From Kiritimatiellia bacterium (GTDB lineage: Bacteria; Verrucomicrobiota; Kiritimatiellia; CAIVKH01), in NCBI GenBank assembly GCA_035327585.1, contig DAOLDD010000014.1:3494-67493 (forward strand): a DNA stretch of 64,000 bases. The letters run 5' to 3'. The position numbers were made by a program, and so were the translations under genes. Below, piece by piece: positions 34,483-44,402 of the stretch. Numbering within the stretch: position 1 is the first letter of the stretch; the number at the start of each line of letters is the position of its first letter. Under the pieces are notes generated by a model. The model had not been told where the DNA came from. It ran no database searches and was given only the letters and a program-made list of their open reading frames with translations.

Positions 34483-36180
34483 GACCGGACAAATCGCCAA
34501 TCGCTCGCATGGGCGGCTTTCGTCGCTTTGTGCGCGCTGACACTGCGCGTGTGGTTCCTTGCCGCTTTCGCGGGATCCCCGCTCTTCCAGCCGGTGGAGG
34601 GCGGGCATGACCGCACGATTTATCACCAGGCCGCCCAGGGCCCCTTTTGGCCCGAGGGTGCATTCGAATACCTGCCGCTCTACCCCGCCCTGCTTCGCGG
34701 TGTCTATGCGCTTTTCGGATCGAGCCTGAACGCGGCGGCGGCATTCGGCATCGCGTGCGACGCGGCCACAACGGCGCTCATCGCGCTCATCGCACTGCGG
34801 CTCGGCGCCCGGCCCGTTCTCGCGGGAATCGCCGGTCTTCTTTACGCGGGCTATCCGCTCGCCATTGCCTATGCCTGCCTGACGATGCCGAATACATTGA
34901 ATGCGCTGCTGCTCGCCGCCTGCACACTGGCGCTGCTGCATCTTCCGGGGCGACGCTGGCCGGCGTGGGCCGGCTTCGGCGCGCTGGCCGGCCTCGCCGC
35001 GCTGGGCTGGGCGGCGTGGCTGCTGATTGCGGCGGCGCTGCTGGTGTATTGGGGCGGCCAACATCTCCTCCGGGGCGGAGGCGCCCCGACTCCAGCGTGG
35101 CGTTGCATGGCGGCGTTTGCACTCGGGTTCAGCCTGCCACTGCTTCCGGTGGCGTGGCACAACTCGCGGGTCGAAGGCTCATTCGTCCTGCTCACCACGC
35201 ACGGCGGCTTCAACTTCTACATGGGCAACCACGAGCGCGCGACGGGGCACCCGGTGCGGGTCCGCGATTTCCGGATGAGCGCACGCGCGCTGCTGGAGGA
35301 CGCGCATCGCGCGGCGGAGCAGGATTCCGGTCGCACGCTGACGCGCGCGGAAAGCTCCGCGTGGTGGAGCGGACAGGGCCGCTCCTTCTGGCGCGAACAA
35401 CCCGGCGCGGCGCTCGCGCTGACCGCGCGCAAGCTGATGCTGTTCTGGAATCGCGTCGACGTGGACGACCTGCGCATCGTCGAACAGGCGCGACTACTCG
35501 CCGGCCGCTTCACGTCGCCCCTCTGGCCCGGCTTTGCGTTGATCGCCTGGCTGGGCCTGATGGGGTTGTTCCTCGCGCCGCGCGCGGGCCCATTGCGCGT
35601 GATCCTGCTCACCGGCATGGCGGGATTGGTGCTCTATTTCATCACCGCGCGTTACCGGCTCACGCTCGCTCCGGCGATGCTCGCGCTGGGCGCGGCGGGC
35701 TTAACCGCGGGAGTCGCGAACCTGCGGGAACGCCGGTGGATTCCGCTGCTTTCCGGCGCTGTGGCGTTCGCCCTCGTGGTGGCGTGGCCCATGCCGGTGC
35801 GCGACCAGCGCGCGGTGGACCACTACAACGCGGCAGTCCAGCTCGTGCAGGCCGGGCGGCTGGCGGACGCGCAACGGCTCGCCCAAGCGGGACTCGAAAT
35901 CGACGCCCGCTCCGCCGACCTGCACCACGTCTTGGGCAGCGCGCTGTTCAAGCAGGAGCGGTTCAGCGAAGCCGCATCCTGCTTCGCACAAAGCGCCGCG
36001 TTGGACCCGGCCCACCCGCAAGCCGCCTACAACCTCGCCCTCAGCCTCGCCCGCACCGGCGATATCTGCGGCGCCCACCGCGCGCTGCTCCAAGCCGCCG
36101 CCCTCCGCCCCCTCCCCGAAAACGCCCAACGCCTCGCCGGTGAATTGGATCGGCTGTGCGGGGCGTCTGGCTCGCCATAA
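34483..36180 (+). CDS. ArnT/PMT-like (GT39/GT83-type) membrane glycosyltransferase with C-terminal TPR repeats
   Basis: Roughly 11 TM helices in the first 420 aa with a GT-C style arrangement, then TPR-like repeats (AVQLVQAGRLADAQRLAQAGLEIDARSADLHHVLGSALFKQERFSEAASCFAQSAALDPAHPQAAYNLAL). Confidence 0.7.
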   Translation, partial: DRTNRQSLAWAAFVALCALTLRVWFLAAFAGSPLFQPVEGGHDRTIYHQAAQGPFWPEGAFEYLPLYPALLRGVYALFGSSLNAAAAFGIACDAATTALIALIALRLGARPVLAGIAGLLYAGYPLAIAYACLTMPNTLNALLLAACTLALLHLPGRRWPAWAGFGALAGLAALGWAAWLLIAAALLVYWGGQHLLRGGGAPTPAWRCMAAFALGFSLPLLPVAWHNSRVEGSFVLLTTHGGFNFYMGNHERATGHPVRVRDFRMSARALLEDAHRAAEQDSGRTLTRAESSAWWSGQGRSFWREQPGAALALTARKLMLFWNRVDVDDLRIVEQARLLAGRFTSPLWPGFALIAWLGLMGLFLAPRAGPLRVILLTGMAGLVLYFITARYRLTLAPAMLALGAAGLTAGVANLRERRWIPLLSGAVAFALVVAWPMPVRDQRAVDHYNAAVQLVQAGRLADAQRLAQAGLEIDARSADLHHVLGSALFKQERFSEAASCFAQSAALDPAHPQAAYNLALSLARTGDICGAHRALLQAAALRPLPENAQRLAGELDRLCGASGSP

Positions 36181-36235
36181 TCGACTTGCGCCTGGTATGG
36201 AGCCGGACAAGACTTCGGCACAACGCGATATCGTG

Positions 36236-36321
36236 GCCCGGGTGGCGAAATGGCAGACGCAAGGGACTTAAAATCCCTTGATCGAAAGATCGTGTGGGTT
36301 CGAGTCCCACCCCGGGCACCA
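36236..36321 (+). tRNA. tRNA-Leu (anticodon UAA), CCA encoded
   Basis: GCCCGGG-UG-GCGA-AAUGGCAGA-CGC-A-AGGGA-CUUAAAA-UCCCU-long variable arm UGAUCGAAAGAUCGU-GUGGG-UUCGAGU-CCCAC-CCCGGGC-A-CCA. The cloverleaf folds by hand, and the T-loop is GGTTCGAGTCC. Confidence 0.9.
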
Positions 36322-36527
36322 TCACCAGTAGAGGGACTTCCCGCCAGAGGCGGGTCCGCCTCATCCCCTTCACCATGAATCGTAATGTCAGGCGTGGAGG
36401 CGATTGGGAAGGATGCGATCAACCGCAGATGGGTAGGCGGGCCATTCTATAATCCGCGGTTCTCTCCTCCGCGTCTCCGTGGTTAAATCCGGACCGGCGA
36501 CGACGAGGACGTCGGAGTCCGCGGGGG

Positions 36528-36947
36528 CTATTCGCCAATGATTTTGACGAGGACGCGTTTGTCGCGGCGGCCGTCGAATTCGCCGTAGAAGATGCACTCC
36601 CAGGGACCGAAGTCGAGGCGGCCGTTGGTGATGGCGACGACGGTTTCGCGGCCCATGATGGTGCGCTTCAAATGCGCGTCGGCGTTGTCCTCGCCGGTCT
36701 CATTGTGCTCGTACTGGCTGTGCGGCTTTTCCGGCGCGAGCTTTTCCAACCAGCGCTCATAGTCGGCGTGCAGCCCGCTCTCGTTGTCGTTGATGAACAC
36801 GCTGGCGCTGATGTGCATGGCGTTGACCAGACACAACCCCTCGCGCACGCCGCTCTCGCGCAGGCACGCCTCGACCTGTGGCGTGATGTTCACGAACCCG
36901 CGCCGCGTCGGCAGCTTGAACCACAGTTCCTTGCGGTAGGTTTTCAT
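36528..36947 (-). CDS. YjbQ/UPF0047 family protein (secondary thiamine-phosphate synthase-like)
   Basis: [25 protein letters not shown]...[34 protein letters not shown] is typical of the UPF0047 family; start set at the internal ATG 36947. Confidence 0.75.
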   Translation of the reverse strand: MKTYRKELWFKLPTRRGFVNITPQVEACLRESGVREGLCLVNAMHISASVFINDNESGLHADYERWLEKLAPEKPHSQYEHNETGEDNADAHLKRTIMGRETVVAITNGRLDFGPWECIFYGEFDGRRDKRVLVKIIGE

Positions 36948-37041
36948 GGGGAATTGTTTAGCCTCGAAAAATACGAAATACACGAAATAAAAAGCGATGG
37001 GTTGGAAGTGGGGAGGGGCACGCGATAGCGCCATGAACTTT

Positions 37042-37071
37042 GGCTCCGGCGGGACAAGCCCGCCGGGGGCC
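37042..37071 (-). repeat. structured hairpin repeat element (copy 2; reverse orientation), in the yjbQ 5' leader / msbA 3' flank
   Basis: 30-nt perfect reverse-complement match to 27475-27504; the conserved tail continues as AAAGTTCATGGCGCTA on the minus strand. Confidence 0.8.
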
Positions 37072-37097
37072 GGGAGGATTTGGGACTCGCGGCCGCG

Positions 37098-38864
37098 TCA
37101 GCCGACGGGGGCGTCGCGGAATTGGAGGTCGTAGAGACGCTTGTAGGCGCCGCCCGCGGCGAGCAGGTCGCGGTGGGGGCCGCGCTCGACGATGCGACCC
37201 TGCTCCAGCACGAGAATCAAATCCGCGTGCTGGATGGTGGAGAGCCGGTGCGCGATGGCGAACACGGTGCGGCCGGTCATCAGCGTATCGAGCGCGGACT
37301 GCACAAGCCGTTCACTCTCGGTGTCGAGCGCGCTGGTCGCTTCATCCAGGATCAGGATGGGCGCGTCGCGCAGCAGCGCGCGGGCGATGGCGAGGCGCTG
37401 GCGCTGGCCGCCGGACAGCCGGTTGCCGCGCTCGCCAATGACCGTGTTGTAGCCATCGGGCAACGCGGCGATGAAGTCGTGCGCATTCGCGCGGCGCGCC
37501 GCGTCCTCAATCGCCTCGCGCGTGGCGCCGGTCGTGCCATAGCCGATGTTGTGGGCGACGGTGTCGTTGAACAGGATCGTCTCCTGCGTGACGAGGCCGA
37601 TCTGGCGGCGCAGGGAGTCAATCGTAAGTTCACGGATGTCGATGCCGTTGATCAGGATGCGCCCGTCCGTCACGTCGTAGAATCGGGGGAGCAGGCTGAC
37701 GAGCGTGGTTTTTCCCGAACCGGAGCTGCCGACCAGCGCGACACAGGCCCCGCGGCGCGCCTCGAAGGCGATGTCGCGCAACACGGGCCGGTCGTCGTAG
37801 GCGAAGGACACGGACTCAAACGCGATCCGGGAAACCTTGTCGCTGAACGGACGCGCCGAGGCCGATTGCGTCACGCGAATGGGTTGATCGAGCAATTCAA
37901 AGATACGATCCGCCGCGGCCGAGCTTTGCTGGATGTTCAGGTGGATTTTGCTCAACTTCTTGACCGGCTCATACATCGCCACCAGCGCGGCGCCGAAGGT
38001 GAAGAATTCGGCGAAGGTCAGTTGCTGCCAGCGCGCGTAAAGCAGGATCAGCGCGAAACCAATGAGCGAGATGAACACGATGATCGGCTCGACCGCCGCG
38101 CGCGCGCGCGTCACCCGCATGGCGCGCGAGAACACGCCGCGGCAACGCTCGAGAAACCGGTTGATTTCGTAGGGCTCCATGCCGAACGCCTTCACGATGC
38201 GGGCGCCGGTGACGTTCTCCTCCAGGATGCCGACGAGGTCCGCCATCTTCTCCTGCCCCTCGCGCGCGGAGCGGCGGACCCTGCGCCCGAACATCGCGAC
38301 GGGCAGGATGCAAATCGGGAAAATGACCAGGCTGATCACGGCCAGCTTCCAGTCAAGATAGAGCAACAAGCCGATCATGCCCAACAGCGTGAACGGTTGC
38401 TTGGCGATGTCGCTCAGCACGGTGGACACGGCGCGCTCGACGAGCTGCGTGTCGTTGGTGGTTCGCGAAATGAGATCGCCGGTTCGCGCCTGCCCGTAGA
38501 AGGCGATCGACAACTCCTGCAAGTGCGTGAACAGCGCCATGCGCAGGTCGAGCACGACGCGGTTGCCGACCCATTCCAGCAGGTAGGTGCTGAAATAGTC
38601 GCCCAACCCGCGGGCCAACCCGAAAACCGGGAGCAGCATCGCGACGGCGAGCACCGCACCGAGTCCGAATTCATCCGGGTTGAACACGCTCGCGAGCGTT
38701 TCTTTCAGCGCGACCAGCGCCCCGGTCGTGGAACCGCCGAAGAGCACACCGAACAGGATGCCGGCGATGATGCGCCCCTTGTAGGGACGCGCGTAGCCGA
38801 GCAGGCGCCGGTAGGTCGCCCACTCGTCCCGCTTCACGCTGCCCACACCCGCGGCGCCGCTCAT
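37098..38864 (-). CDS. ABC transporter, fused permease/ATP-binding protein (MsbA-like lipid exporter family)
   Basis: Six-TM domain followed by an NBD with Walker A GSSGSGKTT, signature LSGGQRQRLAIARAL and Walker B ILILDEATSALD; 588 aa. Confidence 0.9.
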   Translation of the reverse strand: MSGAAGVGSVKRDEWATYRRLLGYARPYKGRIIAGILFGVLFGGSTTGALVALKETLASVFNPDEFGLGAVLAVAMLLPVFGLARGLGDYFSTYLLEWVGNRVVLDLRMALFTHLQELSIAFYGQARTGDLISRTTNDTQLVERAVSTVLSDIAKQPFTLLGMIGLLLYLDWKLAVISLVIFPICILPVAMFGRRVRRSAREGQEKMADLVGILEENVTGARIVKAFGMEPYEINRFLERCRGVFSRAMRVTRARAAVEPIIVFISLIGFALILLYARWQQLTFAEFFTFGAALVAMYEPVKKLSKIHLNIQQSSAAADRIFELLDQPIRVTQSASARPFSDKVSRIAFESVSFAYDDRPVLRDIAFEARRGACVALVGSSGSGKTTLVSLLPRFYDVTDGRILINGIDIRELTIDSLRRQIGLVTQETILFNDTVAHNIGYGTTGATREAIEDAARRANAHDFIAALPDGYNTVIGERGNRLSGGQRQRLAIARALLRDAPILILDEATSALDTESERLVQSALDTLMTGRTVFAIAHRLSTIQHADLILVLEQGRIVERGPHRDLLAAGGAYKRLYDLQFRDAPVG

Positions 38865-39788
38865 TTAGTGTCCCTGCGCCTCAAGGAAACGCTCCGCCTC
38901 CAGGGCGGCCATGCAGCCGGAACCGGCCGCCGTGATGGCCTGCCGATAGCTCGGGTCCTGCACATCGCCCGCCGCGAACACGCCCGCGATGTTGGTCCGC
39001 GTGTTTTCGGCCAGCAAATAGCCGCGTTCGTCCATCTTCAACTGACCCGCGAAAGGCGCGGTGTTGGGCTGGTGCCCGATCGCGACGAAAAGCGCCTTCA
39101 CGTCGAGATCGCTGACCTCGTTCGTCTTCACGTTTTTGATGCGCAGGCCGGTGACCTCGTTTTTGCCGACATCCAGCACGTCATCGACGACCGTGTCCCA
39201 GATGACCTTGATCTTGGGGTTGTCGAGCGCGCGCTGGACCATGATCTTCGACGCGCGGAATTCGTCGCGGCGATGGATGATGTACACGGTGGAGGCGAAG
39301 CGCGTCAGGAAGTTGGCCTCCTCCATCGCGGTATCGCCGCCGCCGACCACCGCCACCGGCACGTTCCTGTAGAACGCGCCGTCGCAGGTCGCGCAGGACG
39401 TGACGCCGCGGCCGACCAGCTTCTGTTCGTTCGGCAGGCCGATGTATTTCGCGCTCGCGCCGGTCGCGATGATGAGGGTGCGCGATTCCAGCACCTTCCC
39501 GTCATCCAGCGTAAGCTTCAGCGGCGTGCCGGAGAGGTCCGTCTTCTCGACGACGTTGAACTGGAAACGCGTGCCGAACCGTTCGGCCTGGGCGCGCATG
39601 CGGTTCATGAGCTCGGTGCCGTCGATCCCCTCGGGAAAGCCGGGGAAATTCTCGACCTCCGTGGTCGTGGTGAGCTGGCCGCCGGGTTGCAAGCCGTCGA
39701 TCACAAGCGGGTTAAGATTGGCGCGCGCGGCGTAAATCGCGGCGGTCAGGCCGGCCGAGCCGGTGCCTAGTATGATCACGTTTTCCAT
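38865..39788 (-). CDS. trxB: thioredoxin-disulfide reductase
   Basis: FAD motif GTGSAGLTAAIYAARA, redox-active CATCDG, NADPH motif GGGDTAMEEA; start set at MENVIILG. Confidence 0.9.
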   Translation of the reverse strand: MENVIILGTGSAGLTAAIYAARANLNPLVIDGLQPGGQLTTTTEVENFPGFPEGIDGTELMNRMRAQAERFGTRFQFNVVEKTDLSGTPLKLTLDDGKVLESRTLIIATGASAKYIGLPNEQKLVGRGVTSCATCDGAFYRNVPVAVVGGGDTAMEEANFLTRFASTVYIIHRRDEFRASKIMVQRALDNPKIKVIWDTVVDDVLDVGKNEVTGLRIKNVKTNEVSDLDVKALFVAIGHQPNTAPFAGQLKMDERGYLLAENTRTNIAGVFAAGDVQDPSYRQAITAAGSGCMAALEAERFLEAQGH

Positions 39789-39910
39789 GAATGACTCCGT
39801 TAGGCTCTGGGGTTTACCAAACTTTGTCGCGGATGCCACGCCTCAATTGACGCCCTGTTTGCGGAAAACTATGGTACGGTCCCGTTTGCGAACACCAAAG
39901 GAGAAGCGCC

Positions 39911-40324
39911 ATGGCGGACACGGATATGCTGCGGGAGATGTTTCGGATGCAGGCCCTGCTCAACGAGCGGATCGGCGTGCGCAGCTCGGACCAGATGACG
40001 GAGGAGGAGCAGCAAAAGTGGGTGCTCAACTACTGCCGCGCGATGACGCAGGAGATCGCCGAACTGACCGACAGCATCCCGTGGAAGTGGTGGGCGAAGT
40101 ACCAGAAATTCGACCTGCAGAACGCGCGCGTCGAGGTGGTCGACCTGTTCCACTTCCTCATTTCCGTCGCGGAAATACTCGGCATGAGCGCGGACGACGT
40201 GTTCGCCTACTACCGCGACAAGAACAAGGTCAACTTCCAGCGCCAGGACTCCGGCTACCACACCAAGGACGAATCCGACAACAGCCAGGTCGGCCAGGGC
40301 GACAAGAAGCCGGACGCGACCTGA
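39911..40324 (+). CDS. dimeric all-alpha dUTPase-like / NTP-pyrophosphohydrolase family protein
   Basis: 137 aa helical protein with the ...ELTDSIPWKWW... block reminiscent of dimeric dUTPases (dUTPase_2-like); low certainty. Confidence 0.5.
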   Translation: MADTDMLREMFRMQALLNERIGVRSSDQMTEEEQQKWVLNYCRAMTQEIAELTDSIPWKWWAKYQKFDLQNARVEVVDLFHFLISVAEILGMSADDVFAYYRDKNKVNFQRQDSGYHTKDESDNSQVGQGDKKPDAT

Positions 40325-40339
40325 CCCGCCGCCGCCGCG

Positions 40340-40398
40340 AATTTACAACGTCTGTAAAAGCTTTTTTGCAGGCTTACAACGTCTGTAAAACCTTTTTG
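40340..40398 (+). repeat. tandem pair of the TTACAACGTCTGTAA + T-run unit (copy 3)
   Basis: TTACAACGTCTGTAAAAGCTTTTTTGCAGGC followed by TTACAACGTCTGTAAAACCTTTTTG, between convergent genes. Confidence 0.8.
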
Positions 40399-40425
40399 AA
40401 CCGCGGATGGGGAGTCGGACATCCG

Positions 40426-41169
40426 TTAATCCGCGGTTCCCCTGCCGCGGGCGGCGCGGTAGTGGGGCAGGGTTTCGGCGAGACGCTGGATGAGTTCCGC
40501 GCTGGAGAGCTGGCCGGGTGCGCTGGATTCGTCGAGAAATCCGTAGACGAGGCACGACCCTTCGGCGGCGAGGCGGAGGCGGGAGGCCGCGCCCTGAGGG
40601 CCCATGCCCATGACGGCGAGCGGGCACGCCCATTCCCCGTGCAGGATTTTTTCCAGCCGTGCGACGTCGGAATCCTCCGCGGTCCAGGCCGCGATTTTGA
40701 CGATGTCCGCGCCGGCCGCAACGCCCTGCTCCACGAGCGCGCGGAGGCGGCCCTCGGCGGGGGTCGCGGCGAAATCGTGGAAGGATCCGATCACGCGACG
40801 GCCCGCGGCATGGGCCGCGCGCGCGACGGCATCGAACACCGGGGACTCCAACTCGACATCCACGGCGGCCACGTACGGGCAGAGTTCCGCGTAGCGGGCG
40901 GCGCGCTCCTCATCCGTTCCCTCCCACCGTCCGCCCTCGGCGGTGGACCGGATCGTGAGCAGCAACGGCGTCCGTTCCCGCACGGGCGGCGGCGTTTCGC
41001 GGAGCCACGCGGAGGCGGCGTCGCCGAGCAGGTCGGCGCGGATTTCGACGATGTCGCACGGGGGCGACGCGCGGGCCACGCCAACAAGCGTCTCCGTGCG
41101 GCTGGCCACGCCGACGACGGCAGGTACGCCGTTGAGCGCGAGGGCTCCGATGTTGGTTGCCGGGGGCAT
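40426..41169 (-). CDS. aroD: 3-dehydroquinate dehydratase, type I
   Basis: (beta/alpha)8 fold blocks, with the catalytic Lys in the block ADIVKIAAWT and the His in the block RRVIGSFHDF; 247 aa. Confidence 0.75.
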   Translation of the reverse strand: MPPATNIGALALNGVPAVVGVASRTETLVGVARASPPCDIVEIRADLLGDAASAWLRETPPPVRERTPLLLTIRSTAEGGRWEGTDEERAARYAELCPYVAAVDVELESPVFDAVARAAHAAGRRVIGSFHDFAATPAEGRLRALVEQGVAAGADIVKIAAWTAEDSDVARLEKILHGEWACPLAVMGMGPQGAASRLRLAAEGSCLVYGFLDESSAPGQLSSAELIQRLAETLPHYRAARGRGTAD

Positions 41170-41219
41170 TCGGTTACCCTAGGGCGTGTGGCCCGCGGAC
41201 GCAACGATCCATCGGGGAC

Positions 41220-41489
41220 TTAGCGCCGACCGGCCAGCACATGCACGCCGTCGCGGTGCGGGACCGTGCGGGATTTTTTCGCCTTTTCCACGCGGCTGGC
41301 CTTGCGGGCGCGGGCGCCCTCGGGTTTGAGCGTCTTCTCGTAGTGCTGGATGTAGAGGGGATTGTTGTACCCCTCGCAGCGGCGGTCTTTCCATTTGAGC
41401 GAAGGATGGTGGAAGATGGCGCAGGTTTTGCCGAGGTTGAGGGCGCACCCTCCACACTGCCGGACAGGCTTGATGCCCAGGACGCCCAT
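41220..41489 (-). CDS. small cysteine-rich protein, hypothetical (possible metal-binding)
   Basis: 89 aa with CGGC...C...C...C spacing (QCGGCALNLGKTCAIFHH...RCEGY); divergent from the c-di-GMP signalling gene. Confidence 0.35.
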   Translation of the reverse strand: MGVLGIKPVRQCGGCALNLGKTCAIFHHPSLKWKDRRCEGYNNPLYIQHYEKTLKPEGARARKASRVEKAKKSRTVPHRDGVHVLAGRR

Positions 41490-41650
41490 ATACAATTCCC
41501 CCTTGAGTTGCGAGGACTCTATCAGGTTCCCGCCAATTTCCAAGTGCAACAATAGCCCGCGATTGTGCTAGCATCCCGGCGACGCAAGGAATGCGGCATG
41601 GCGGTATTCGCCGACACGCCGGAAACATGCGGTGCGTCTGCCCTGGAGCC

Positions 41651-44254
41651 ATGAATAAATCGCCCGAAGACGGAATCCTGCCCGCGCACCGGAATCTGCA
41701 AAATATCCGCGTGCTGGTGCTGGACGATGAGGAGCCGGTCCGGCATTTGCTCCAGACCCTGCTCACCCGCAACGGCTGCATCGTGGAAACGGCGGACGAC
41801 GGGCGCGAAGGGCTGCGCATCCTGCTGCAAAAGGATTTCGATGTCGCGGTGGTGGACCTCCGCATGCGCGACATGGGCGGCTCGGCGTTTCTCGAGCAGG
41901 CGCGCAGCGTCTGGCCCTGGCTCGGTATCGTCGTGGTCACCGGCTACGCGGACGAGGAATCGGTCGCGCATGCGCGGCGCTTCGGCGTGACGCGCATCCT
42001 CACCAAGCCGATGAACACCCAGACGCTGCTCCGCAACGTGCTGGAGGAGGCGATCGAGAAGAAGGAGCTGGTCGAGATGTCGGCCAGCCACAGCCTGGAC
42101 CGCATCCAGGCGCAGCTCTCGCTGCTCCGCAGTTTCAGCGAATCGGCGCTGACCGCGGAAAACCTCGACGACGCGCTGCGCACGCTGAGCACCGGGCTCG
42201 GCAACCTGCTGCCCTGCGCGGCGGCGGGCATCCTGAATCTCGAGGGCGAGGAACCGGTCCTGCACCTGCACGCGCTGACGCCGGTGGCGCAGGAATTCCT
42301 GCTCAACGCGGAGAAGGAGATGATGCGGCGCTACGAGGCGCTCAGCGGACAACCCGCGCCGCGGGCCGGGCTGCGCGTCATCTTCGACCCGGCGAATCTC
42401 GACCCCAAGGGCGCCCAACAGGTCGGCAGCAGCTTCAGCGTGCCGATCATCGCGCACGGCGAGGTGCGCGGCATGTTGACGCTGGCCGCGGTCGCGGATG
42501 ACGCCTATTCCTCGCGCGACGCGTCCTTTCTCTACCACGCGGCGAACCAGCTCTCGACGGTATTGAGCGCGCTGGCGCGCATGCGGGAGCTGTCGGTGCG
42601 CGACGCGCTGACCTCGCTCTACAACCGGCGCGGGCTGGAGGAGGAGTTCCAGCGGGCGTGGCTGATGAGCCGCCGCTACAACTGGCCGATCGGCGCGGCG
42701 GTCCTCGACATCGACAACTTCAAGATTCTCAACGACACGCACGGCCACCTGGTCGGCGACCAGATCCTGCGCGAGTTCTCGAAACTCGTCCAGCAGGTGG
42801 CGCGCGAGTCGGACATCATCGGCCGTTACGGCGGCGATGAAATGGTCGTCATCCTCGCGCAGGCGGGCACCGCGGATTGCATCGCGTTTGGCGAGCGGCT
42901 GCTGCACGCGATGCGCCAGCAGGTGTTCTGCGTGGACCGGGGCCTCGCGCTGCAATTGACCACGTCGATCGGCGTATCCAGCAGCGTCAACGGCCCGGCG
43001 GACATGACCAGCGAGACGCTGATCGCGCAGGCGGACCAGGCCCTCTACATGGCGAAGAAGCAGGGGCGCGACCGCGTCTGCGTTTACCAGGCGGTGGCGC
43101 CGGGCGAGAAGGGCGTTCCATCCGCCCCCATCGCGCCGGAATCCGACCCGGCCCGCATGCGCGGGCGCGTGCTGGTCGTGGATGACGAACCGATGGTCGG
43201 TTCGCTGCTTTCGCGCGTGCTCCGCAAAAACGCCTACGAGGTGCAGGTCGAAACCACGGCCGCCGGCGCGCTGAACGCGATCCAGGAAAAGCCCGGCCAT
43301 TTCGACGTGATCCTCACCGATCTGAACCTGCCCGAGAAAAGCGGACTCGACCTGCTGGACGAGCTGCGCTCCATCGACGAGGGGATGATCAAAATCGTAA
43401 TCACGGGCCACGCGACGGTCGACAACGCGGTCGTGAGCCTGCGGCGCGGCGCGTACGATTTCATTGAGAAGCCCGTGCTGCCGGACGCCCTGATGGCGAT
43501 CGTCGACCGCGCCCTCGAATACCGCCGCCTGAAGCGCGAAAACGTCCGCTACCAGAACCACCTCGAGGAAATGGTCCGCGAAAAAAGCGCCGCGCTGCGG
43601 GAGGCGCTCCAGCAGGTGAAGGCCTCCTACGACTTCACGCTCGAGGCGATGGCGGCGCTGCTCGACGCACGCGAGCGCAACACGGCGCACCACAGCACGC
43701 GCGTACGCGACCTCTCCGTCATCATGGCGCGCGAACTCGGCCTCTCGGTGAACGAGATCGACGACATCTCGCGCGGCGCGCTGCTGCACGACATCGGCAA
43801 GATGTGCATTCCCGACAGCATCCTGCTCAAGCCCGGCCCGCTGACCGCGGACGAGCGCGAGGAGATGAAAAAACACCCCGAGGTCGGCTACAAACTGCTC
43901 TCGTCGAGCCCGCATTTGGAGCGCGTCGCGGAAATCGTGCGTTCGCACCACGAGCGGTACGACGGCGCCGGCTACCCGCGGCGGATCAAGGGGGCGGACA
44001 TCTGCCTGGGCGCGCGCATCTTCGCGATCATCGACTCGTACGACGCGATGCGGTCGGACCGTGTATATCGCAAGGCGATTTCCAGCGAGGAGGCGATGCT
44101 GGAAATCGAGCGCAACGCCGGGACGCAATTCGATCCGGCGTTGGTCGACCTGTTCAAGCGCATCCACCTGGCCATTGAGGCCGCCGGCAATTGGAGTGCG
44201 GCGGACGCGCGGTCGGCGTACGAAACGCCCGAAACCCGGAAGTATGGTTCATAA
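41651..44254 (+). CDS. multidomain c-di-GMP signalling protein: REC - GAF-like - GGDEF (GGDEM variant, RxxD I-site present) - REC - HD-GYP
   Basis: REC1 (VLVLDDEEPV...VVDLRMRDMGG...VVVTGY...LTKP); GGDEF domain (RYGGDEM with RESD five residues upstream); REC2 (VLVVDDEPMV...ILTDLNLPEKSG...IVITGH...EKP); HD-GYP (HHSTRV...LLHDIGK...HHERYDGAGYP). Start at ATG 41651 (MNKSPEDG). Confidence 0.9.
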   Translation: MNKSPEDGILPAHRNLQNIRVLVLDDEEPVRHLLQTLLTRNGCIVETADDGREGLRILLQKDFDVAVVDLRMRDMGGSAFLEQARSVWPWLGIVVVTGYADEESVAHARRFGVTRILTKPMNTQTLLRNVLEEAIEKKELVEMSASHSLDRIQAQLSLLRSFSESALTAENLDDALRTLSTGLGNLLPCAAAGILNLEGEEPVLHLHALTPVAQEFLLNAEKEMMRRYEALSGQPAPRAGLRVIFDPANLDPKGAQQVGSSFSVPIIAHGEVRGMLTLAAVADDAYSSRDASFLYHAANQLSTVLSALARMRELSVRDALTSLYNRRGLEEEFQRAWLMSRRYNWPIGAAVLDIDNFKILNDTHGHLVGDQILREFSKLVQQVARESDIIGRYGGDEMVVILAQAGTADCIAFGERLLHAMRQQVFCVDRGLALQLTTSIGVSSSVNGPADMTSETLIAQADQALYMAKKQGRDRVCVYQAVAPGEKGVPSAPIAPESDPARMRGRVLVVDDEPMVGSLLSRVLRKNAYEVQVETTAAGALNAIQEKPGHFDVILTDLNLPEKSGLDLLDELRSIDEGMIKIVITGHATVDNAVVSLRRGAYDFIEKPVLPDALMAIVDRALEYRRLKRENVRYQNHLEEMVREKSAALREALQQVKASYDFTLEAMAALLDARERNTAHHSTRVRDLSVIMARELGLSVNEIDDISRGALLHDIGKMCIPDSILLKPGPLTADEREEMKKHPEVGYKLLSSSPHLERVAEIVRSHHERYDGAGYPRRIKGADICLGARIFAIIDSYDAMRSDRVYRKAISSEEAMLEIERNAGTQFDPALVDLFKRIHLAIEAAGNWSAADARSAYETPETRKYGS

Positions 44255-44402
44255 GCAGCTTCGCCATTGTTGAGGGATCGCGCGAGGGGGAGGACCTGAC
44301 GGATCGGCATTCCCGGCGCGGCTTAAGTTGTTCATGTTTCCCGAACATCCAAAATATCCGGTGCCGAAGGGGGATCGCCGCAAGCGAAACCTGTCGCGCC
44401 CG

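Noticed and set aside
37080-39770. 896-aa + strand ORF antisense to msbA-like and trxB
   Set aside because: Spans two well-supported minus-strand genes; composition-biased translation with no domains.
41522-44167. 881-aa minus-strand ORF antisense to the c-di-GMP signalling gene
   Set aside because: The + strand frame contains REC, GGDEF and HD-GYP signature motifs. The minus frame is Arg/Ala/Asp/His-biased with none.
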